From contig CAVQMM010000001.1 of NCBI GenBank assembly GCA_963713615.1, positions 1,952,001 to 2,016,000 on the forward strand: a stretch of DNA of 64,000 nucleotides, in the 5' to 3' direction. Below, in pieces: positions 58,901 through 64,000 of the stretch. Numbering within the stretch: the first letter of the stretch is position 1; each line of letters starts with the position of its first letter. The translations under genes and the position numbers were made by a program. The notes beneath the pieces are model-generated. The model ran no database searches and had not been told where the DNA came from. It saw only the letters and a list, made by a program, of their open reading frames with translations. This DNA comes from an uncultured Chlamydiae bacterium (lineage in GTDB: Bacteria; Chlamydiota; Chlamydiia; Chlamydiales; JAJFMA01).

Positions 58901-61088
58901 CAGCATCACCTAAGATGGACTTTAAGTCAGTCGGAACCACCTGTGCTGATTTCATCTCAAACCGAAATAAAGGATGGTCTAAGACAGCATCGACGTGATC
59001 TAGGTCTATCATGAGCTGATTCGATGCGAAAAGTCCGCGAATATCCGCGGTCCCAGATAGACTCTGAGCTAATTCCGATGAAATCAGGCTTCGATAACGT
59101 TCTAGAGAAATGCCAAGCGCCTCGAAAGCCCCTTGCTGGACATACGTATAAGAATGTCCCTCTTGATGAGGGAACCGATAGCCTACATCTCTAACAGAAG
59201 TCTGTCGCGACAGCAGCGAACCATGGCTAAAGAAATCGCGAATAGGCTCAGGCCATAAAGTCAATGAAGAACCGGTGATCCAATTCAACGCCTCTGATCC
59301 CAGGTTGCAGGAAAATGTCAGACGATCCGGATCCATCTCTTCAGGCCAAGCAACGGCTAAATCGCCTTGGCAAAATACGCCACCCTGTGCCCTCTTGAAG
59401 ACAATGTTAAGAGCGCACTCAGGAATCCCTAACACCTCCATATAACGCTGCCGCATGTCAGGAGGTAAAAACAGGGCCACACTATCTCCTTGAGCCGCCA
59501 TTTGAAACTGCCAATCCTGACCTCTTCGAAGACCCCAGGAGCCTTTTTTTAAAGGAAACAGTCCTGAAAGATCTGCTTGAAGCAGACCCTGACTGCCAAA
59601 AGTCAATTCCCCGTTGATATCAGTGGATAAACCCAGAGAACCTTCCTGAGCGATATACGAAAGCTCAGCATCATTAAAAAATAGTTCACCACTGATTAAG
59701 TCGCCAGCGCCTTTGCTATCAAAATCCAGGAGGAGGTTCCCATGGGTAAGCGGAGCGGAGGCTGAAAGACCATGGGGAACTTGTTGAATTTCGACATTCC
59801 TAGCCATCAACTCATCGATACTAATACGCCCCTTAGCAAAGGTTAGCATGCCATCGACATGCCCCTTAGGCATGATCCAACCCGACAAGGCCCCTACATT
59901 AGGTGCCAATATCTGTTTAAAAAAGCTAATTTCAGTAGCGTCCAGGCGAGAAACTCTCGCCGTCACTCCAGCAGCGGCGTTGCTTGAAAACTCCACCCTG
60001 CCCTCAGAACCATCAATACCAATAAATGCTAAAATAGCAGTCTCAAAGGCAAAGCTATTCCCTTTACCATCCAAGCGAAAAGCCTTTACCTGTCCCTGGT
60101 GCCACCACTGACCCCGACAGGACAACCCAACGTTTCCATTAGTCTCTAAGGTCAGATGCCCCTTAAAACCGTCCAGATTCCAAATCAATGGGGACCCTAA
60201 TGACGGCCGGGCTGCAATAAGTTGGAGAGAACCTTGAGCATGGATCACTTCCCCTTCAGCTCCAGGAGAAGGCTCGAAAGTTACCTTACCCTCTTTGATC
60301 CGTAGTTGATTTTCGTTTCCAGTTACAGATGCAATGACTTCATCAAGGGTCGCCTGCCCATTTGGCTGCCAGCCATCCGACGACGACGAAGAGACTAAAT
60401 TGACAACTCCACTGATGGAACCCTTATAGACTTCTAGTTGTGGCGTCAGGCCCAAAAAACTCTTGGCCAAGGCACTGACCAGATCCGCAGGAGCCGAATG
60501 CAGCCTAAGCGCCACGGCACTTTTGTGCCCCTGCTCCTCAATGTTCAGGTGAATACCGCGTGTCCCACGACCTGCCACAGCAATGGTAACTGCTCCTCGC
60601 AGCCTATGCTGGCCTGGCTCCAGGTCAGCGGTCACCATGGCGATCGGAACGCCTTTACGGCTCTCCTCCCAAAAGATCTCGCCATCGGTGATTTTGAGCG
60701 CTAGATTCGGACGCCACCAGCCCATGCTTTCGTCATGTCGTGCAGGCACAGGACCGACAACCCCACCCCTGCTCAGCAATAGACGGGGTTTGACAACCTC
60801 GATTTCGGCATCAATGCGACGCTGCCAAAAACTTAGGGCATAGGAAACCTTGATCTGTTCAACTTTTAGAGAATAGGAAGACTGTCCACCTACGGTAACA
60901 TTGGAAAAAACCAGATTGGCGCCTTCAGACGTGACGGATTCTGCAGACACTGGACGGCCTAAAAAGCCTTCGAGTGATGTCAAAAGGTGACGGTGGACAA
61001 TACGTCGCTCTAGAGGGGCATAACCCAAAGCGACCCCTAGAGCCACCAGGACCAGAGGTAGTAACCATAACAGCATCTTACGAGACAT
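55950..61088 (-). CDS. Large N-anchored beta-rich envelope protein (AsmA/TamB-like)
   Basis: 1712 aa with a single N-terminal TM segment, alternating beta-strand pattern and a C-terminal I.G.L..P motif. Confidence 0.6.
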   Translation of the reverse strand: MSRKMLLWLLPLVLVALGVALGYAPLERRIVHRHLLTSLEGFLGRPVSAESVTSEGANLVFSNVTVGGQSSYSLKVEQIKVSYALSFWQRRIDAEIEVVKPRLLLSRGGVVGPVPARHDESMGWWRPNLALKITDGEIFWEESRKGVPIAMVTADLEPGQHRLRGAVTIAVAGRGTRGIHLNIEEQGHKSAVALRLHSAPADLVSALAKSFLGLTPQLEVYKGSISGVVNLVSSSSSDGWQPNGQATLDEVIASVTGNENQLRIKEGKVTFEPSPGAEGEVIHAQGSLQLIAARPSLGSPLIWNLDGFKGHLTLETNGNVGLSCRGQWWHQGQVKAFRLDGKGNSFAFETAILAFIGIDGSEGRVEFSSNAAAGVTARVSRLDATEISFFKQILAPNVGALSGWIMPKGHVDGMLTFAKGRISIDELMARNVEIQQVPHGLSASAPLTHGNLLLDFDSKGAGDLISGELFFNDAELSYIAQEGSLGLSTDINGELTFGSQGLLQADLSGLFPLKKGSWGLRRGQDWQFQMAAQGDSVALFLPPDMRQRYMEVLGIPECALNIVFKRAQGGVFCQGDLAVAWPEEMDPDRLTFSCNLGSEALNWITGSSLTLWPEPIRDFFSHGSLLSRQTSVRDVGYRFPHQEGHSYTYVQQGAFEALGISLERYRSLISSELAQSLSGTADIRGLFASNQLMIDLDHVDAVLDHPLFRFEMKSAQVVPTDLKSILGDAGPVSLRLPFSGATFYDKTHQLLFSDIAGTAEYRAGRLTVTGLEAASEGLVFSGSLQSDTSTEFRLAIAQLSGSVNQLRRFLTHFDQGKGLIHRIPLEGSVTLGDREGTFIVCTDGSAVTCEASLAGQVTDARLSQHSGDVTLNELGMRFAYQYPANTLCVTDLQGTVLVGRPGSPVEEYRLAGDRILLHQYPGEWIEFDLWVGDKARDVIRATGEARAVSAGTHSLVHFAFDKENTHFGNVHPRILELTLRDWSQVVTFATEANFSLSTALRDLQRLSRTGLTGFSKRIIEELQGLTSAEGDFSVALAYDRAVPTFTYRLTGKDIKLYQHMINNAFVVGSVQGDNWILDNLRIDDLSFAADIQVDTDRWKINFLGMRAANAVTMGFEGDYYPDRGAVDGRVNLFEVSLGQLKNWNVSRRFAESYQPKGELRAAGNMTVTMRPSPEWCHIDGQFETLFRGVEIGGLRFKDAHRIATHFDSNRGLVLQDLRTALLPLRNSDKPVDLQIERVAYNTAHSELAVHNGHFQTGGGPLGWLADLLKAKWGAMTSQLLRNIADKVASKEGINGKFSFQLAPGISDVQLALDEGTYYYNQHPYTVKQLVASYNPYELRITSQFDYRGHPVWATLRNECPLSPYGQLFLSETSLNRQEVSRDHALAVYWEYDSRRGFGIQKAEGKLFGIEANLQADKGVEHVSPYPTLKGQVWIDVEKIAPILGAEFREGLERAGLHAKYRLDGKWQISSLLPEWVTFDGQAQAERWQIAGYLLDRFEASLELTATQIKMRNVMIEDAAGTLRAAEVLLSKEAGRRWKVSIPEVIGSDIVPVALNRPQEVPRKRRHDIVLPTFTLTNFTGEIGKASTFLGEGSARFTHATKKKAGKGLLGFTSELMSHIGFDVEVVTPASGIIEYQINNGKIVLTRLKDVYSQGKLAKFSLLKESKPAVIDFNGDLDIVIRVKPNQPLLKLTDKMTFSIHGNLKKPILALEQ

Positions 61089-61438
61089 CTAGGCTCTCCC
61101 GCTCGGTGCATAAGATAGACCGAGCTAGGAAAACGTTATAAAAGATTCTCTAGAACTTGACAAGGCCCATAGAGAGAAACCCATGAAAAAAGCAGATTTG
61201 TTGTTAATCGCACCCACCCAAAGGAGTCCCTTTCATCCTTTCCAGGGGCTGCAAAAGGGAGCCAAAAGATTGCTGAATGGTGATGCGCACGTCATCTTCA
61301 GAACGTGTATTTCCTGCATTTCCATACTCTCAGCCTCAAAGAGATTAAGAAAAAATCAAAACGGAAACACTTGACTTAGGGCCCCTTCTGAGTTAGCTTT
61401 CTAGTCAAATTTGTTGTTCATCTGTCGTGGGGGGAGTT

Positions 61439-62113
61439 ATGAAAAAAGCGATATGCATTCTCTTGTTGTTAGCTTGCAGTATGTTGACAGCTAACCAAGC
61501 CCCTATAGAAATTAAAATTTACCAGAGCGATAGCGGAAGAGACCTCTTGCCCACCGTTCACGAATGGGCAATCTTGCATTACCGCGATTTCCCCTTCCTG
61601 TATGCCTATCAGGGCGAAAAGATTCCTCATAACATCTTTTTAGATGATCCAAATGGCTTCATACTCTCTGCCGAAAGAACCGAAGAAAAGCTAGGACTGC
61701 TATTAGCGTTACCTTTAAATTCTTCGTTCTTAGACATTCAGTATAGCCCATTTGAGAAGATTCATGAGATCGAAGAGAAAGGGTTCGATCCTGACAACAT
61801 CCTCTATATTGCTTCGTTTTTGATCGACAAGCTGGAAAGACATAACAAAGTTTTAATTGCAGACATGTATAACCAAGCTGTCACTCTGGCAAAAAAGATG
61901 GGTAAGAATCAGATTTGCTACTTCACTCCTATCTATACAGACGACCATCCCCTCAAACCGACTCCATTTGTACCACCGGAACCTTGGGACGACCTACCGT
62001 TCCAATTCAAACCTATGGACATTACGCTCAACTTCACCTGGCCTACCTTACAACCTGATGGCACCGTAAGAGATAGCGTCAACCCCCAAGCCCTTTTCTA
62101 CCAAAACATTTAG
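61439..62113 (+). CDS. Exported GNAT-like hypothetical protein
   Basis: Signal peptide MKKAICILLLLACSMLTA, YRDFPFLY, YIASF and DHPLKP. GGGGGAG RBS. Confidence 0.55.
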   Translation: MKKAICILLLLACSMLTANQAPIEIKIYQSDSGRDLLPTVHEWAILHYRDFPFLYAYQGEKIPHNIFLDDPNGFILSAERTEEKLGLLLALPLNSSFLDIQYSPFEKIHEIEEKGFDPDNILYIASFLIDKLERHNKVLIADMYNQAVTLAKKMGKNQICYFTPIYTDDHPLKPTPFVPPEPWDDLPFQFKPMDITLNFTWPTLQPDGTVRDSVNPQALFYQNI

Positions 62114-62350
62114 ACTAGTCAGATAAAATTCTTGCGATGACAATTCTTTTGGAAGAATTTTAGAGAATATCTCATCATTTAATTGTTCAAGCCTCACAAA
62201 TCAGCGATGTCGATGATACGGTAAAAATAGCGGCCGGCGCACCTGACACCAAGGAAGCCATTGCTTATCGTGATTTTTTAACAAAAAGGGGACAAAATGT
62301 AGGTGCAATTCTGTCCAACTCATGGGGTCCACTTAAAAGCCTTTTGGGTC

Positions 62351-62490
62351 TAATGTCCATGCCGTCCATAGTGTCCATGTTGTCCACTAATGTCCATTTT
62401 CGCACTGGCGTGAATGGACTTTATGGACAGTAATGGACAACATGGACATGAATGGACATTTATAAAACAAAGAAAACTCTTTAAAGCAAT
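62351..62490. repeat. GTCCAT/ATGGAC micro-repeat palindrome
   Basis: Near-identical to 18720-18822. The right flank AAAACAAAGAAAA.TCTTTAAAGCA also occurs at about 21660. Confidence 0.8.
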
Positions 62491-62940
62491 TATGAAGCTC
62501 TAATAATAAGAATTTTTTCTGATCCTGGAGCACCTGTTAAAATGCATCTTTTCATGATTCTATCTGATATGAGAGAAGCTTTAGCATCTGGCAAGTACTT
62601 CATCGTTTCACTCCACTTCATTTAAAATCCTATCCTCACAGCAATGATTGCTCTCGTTGCGATAGTCACGTCGCATTTCCAAAAGCATCCGCCGTAAATG
62701 GTCTGCACATGCTGAGCAGTCAAGCTCACGCACATAAGGGATCATGCAGCTCAGCTCCACCAATTGATTATGGTTAAAGAAAAATAAAATGCCCATCAGT
62801 TTGAGAGGAGGAGCCCCTCGGTTCATTTCCTGCGACGGCATTTCCAGAACTGCAAAAAGCATCGCCTCGCTGCTTTGAGGGTTAATGATTTCGCTATGCT
62901 TCAAAGTGGTTCCAGGTCGTTGAATGACCATATCTGGTAA

Positions 62941-64000
62941 CCTCATTTCCCGTGAAAATTGTAACTAGGTCTGGCCCGGCAACGCAATTTTTAGACCCTG
63001 TAAAATTTCCCTCTGTGGTTTTGTAACCTCGGTGAGGATATGGCCGTACTTACCAGAATACTTTATTTTAGTCAGTGTATCCATTTCTTGTAGAAGCTCC
63101 CGAACCGTGTATCGTTTAATAAGACCAGACTGTCTCATTTCTTTGCGCAGAGCGCTCATGTAAATAAGGGCAATGAATTGCACAAAAAGCCTGCCATCAA
63201 CAGTTGCTGAACTATGCATGCGTAAGCGTTTCATATCCAACTGATTTTTCAGGTCATCAAAGCACTTTTCTACCACATCTTTGTCTCGGTAGATTTGCAA
63301 GGACTCCACCGGATCCTTAATACTATTGGTCAACAGCGCTTGGAATCCAGCATAGCGGTTGATGTACTGACTCACAGCTTGATCATTGTACGAGACTCGT
63401 ATGCCTCGCTTGCGGGTGGTCTTTATCACAAAAAATGCGTCGTACGCATCTTGATGCGCGTTAATCAAATCTCCTGATTCCAGTTCCTTCTTATACCCAA
63501 CCAATTCTTCAGTAAACTGATCGACGGCGGTGGCTCGTGCATGAGCATTGTAGTAGAGGTGTAGATAGCAGCGACGCTTGTCATCCCCCCATGGGTACAG
63601 ACGAGAGTGAACATATAGGATCTCATTATCAAGCTTTTGGTATCCCTCAGGCCCATGGATCACCCCATAAATGTCATTTATAGCGAGTTGTACCCACTTG
63701 TTCTTCAGAGGGATTGATAGAGTAAATCTGTCCCTGGCAGCAAGCAGGTGATCAACATTTTTTTTGCTGTAGAACCCTTTGTCCATCACGTAGTGAAGTT
63801 TCTTTATCTCCAGAGCTTTGAAGGTCTTCAAGAGGTTGTGTAATGTAGTCACATCGGTGATGTTGCCCGGAGTCCGTTCGAAATACACTGGCAAACGTCC
63901 CTTCTGGCCGAAGAGTATGGCAAGATTCAGCTGTGGTAACTTATCCAGGTCGCGGTTGTGGCCGTATTTGATGTATTCATTGAGCTCAGAATATGAGGAA
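62941..64000 (-). mobile_element. IS1634-family element, partial (runs off the window)
   Basis: Transposase ORF with a probable terminus CCTCATTTCCCGTGAAAATTGTAAC just beyond its stop codon. Confidence 0.75.
62965..64000 (-). CDS. IS1634-family DDE transposase, C-terminal part
   Basis: YGHNRDLDKLPQLNL at the window edge, GNITDV, VMDKGFYS, YRDKDVVEKCFDDLKN and GRLFVQFIAL. Confidence 0.9.
   Translation of the reverse strand, partial: SSYSELNEYIKYGHNRDLDKLPQLNLAILFGQKGRLPVYFERTPGNITDVTTLHNLLKTFKALEIKKLHYVMDKGFYSKKNVDHLLAARDRFTLSIPLKNKWVQLAINDIYGVIHGPEGYQKLDNEILYVHSRLYPWGDDKRRCYLHLYYNAHARATAVDQFTEELVGYKKELESGDLINAHQDAYDAFFVIKTTRKRGIRVSYNDQAVSQYINRYAGFQALLTNSIKDPVESLQIYRDKDVVEKCFDDLKNQLDMKRLRMHSSATVDGRLFVQFIALIYMSALRKEMRQSGLIKRYTVRELLQEMDTLTKIKYSGKYGHILTEVTKPQREILQGLKIALPGQT

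Noticed and set aside
62608..62946. 112-aa ORF next to IS1634
   Set aside because: Its start codon lies inside the probable IS terminus and it has no recognisable motif. At best it is a truncated remnant.

Overview
This is chromosomal DNA from an environmental chlamydia (phylum Chlamydiota). That is an inference from the stand-alone SWIB gene, the lpxG-ispD-truA and prfB-GNAT-yebC gene order, a UGP3-like pyrophosphorylase and the insulinase Ptr. Bases 1-10.8 kb are an accessory block ending at tRNA-Leu(CAA). It holds a SUFU-like gene missed by the ORF track, a sialidase-like gene, a ferredoxin, an alcohol dehydrogenase, an ABM-domain gene beside a deaminase, a DapA-like gene, PAP2, an NmrA pseudogene, and an intact IS66 inserted inside a 752-bp non-coding palindromic element. 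Bases 11.6-18.3 kb are a seven-gene aromatic amino acid operon (DAHP synthase, pheA, CM-tyrA, aroA, aroK, aroC, aroB). The top finding is its leader, which carries two ribosome-coupled attenuators in series. Each has an unannotated Phe/Tyr-run plus Trp leader peptide (MRHLLAFAYFYYFMKAPKWCEAS and MYHSDSHNPAIEFRASVQGCSFYFYYYFFTPHPWREL), an antiterminator and an intrinsic terminator. Bases 20-25 kb hold AT-rich candidate effectors: a DSP-fold pseudophosphatase, a signal-peptide Ppx/GppA protein and a YopT-like C58 protease. The rest is mostly core genes (truA, ispD, lpxG, prfB with +1 frameshift, yebC, proS, ptr, dnaA, comF), plus bshA-bshB1, a Pro-rich effector candidate beside yebC, and a partial IS1634-family transposase. 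Many intergenic spaces are filled with nested REP/MITE-like palindromes, and one 153-nt hairpin shows a strand-specific G-U signature suggesting a structured RNA. All family calls come from motif recognition by eye; no database search or folding calculation was run.
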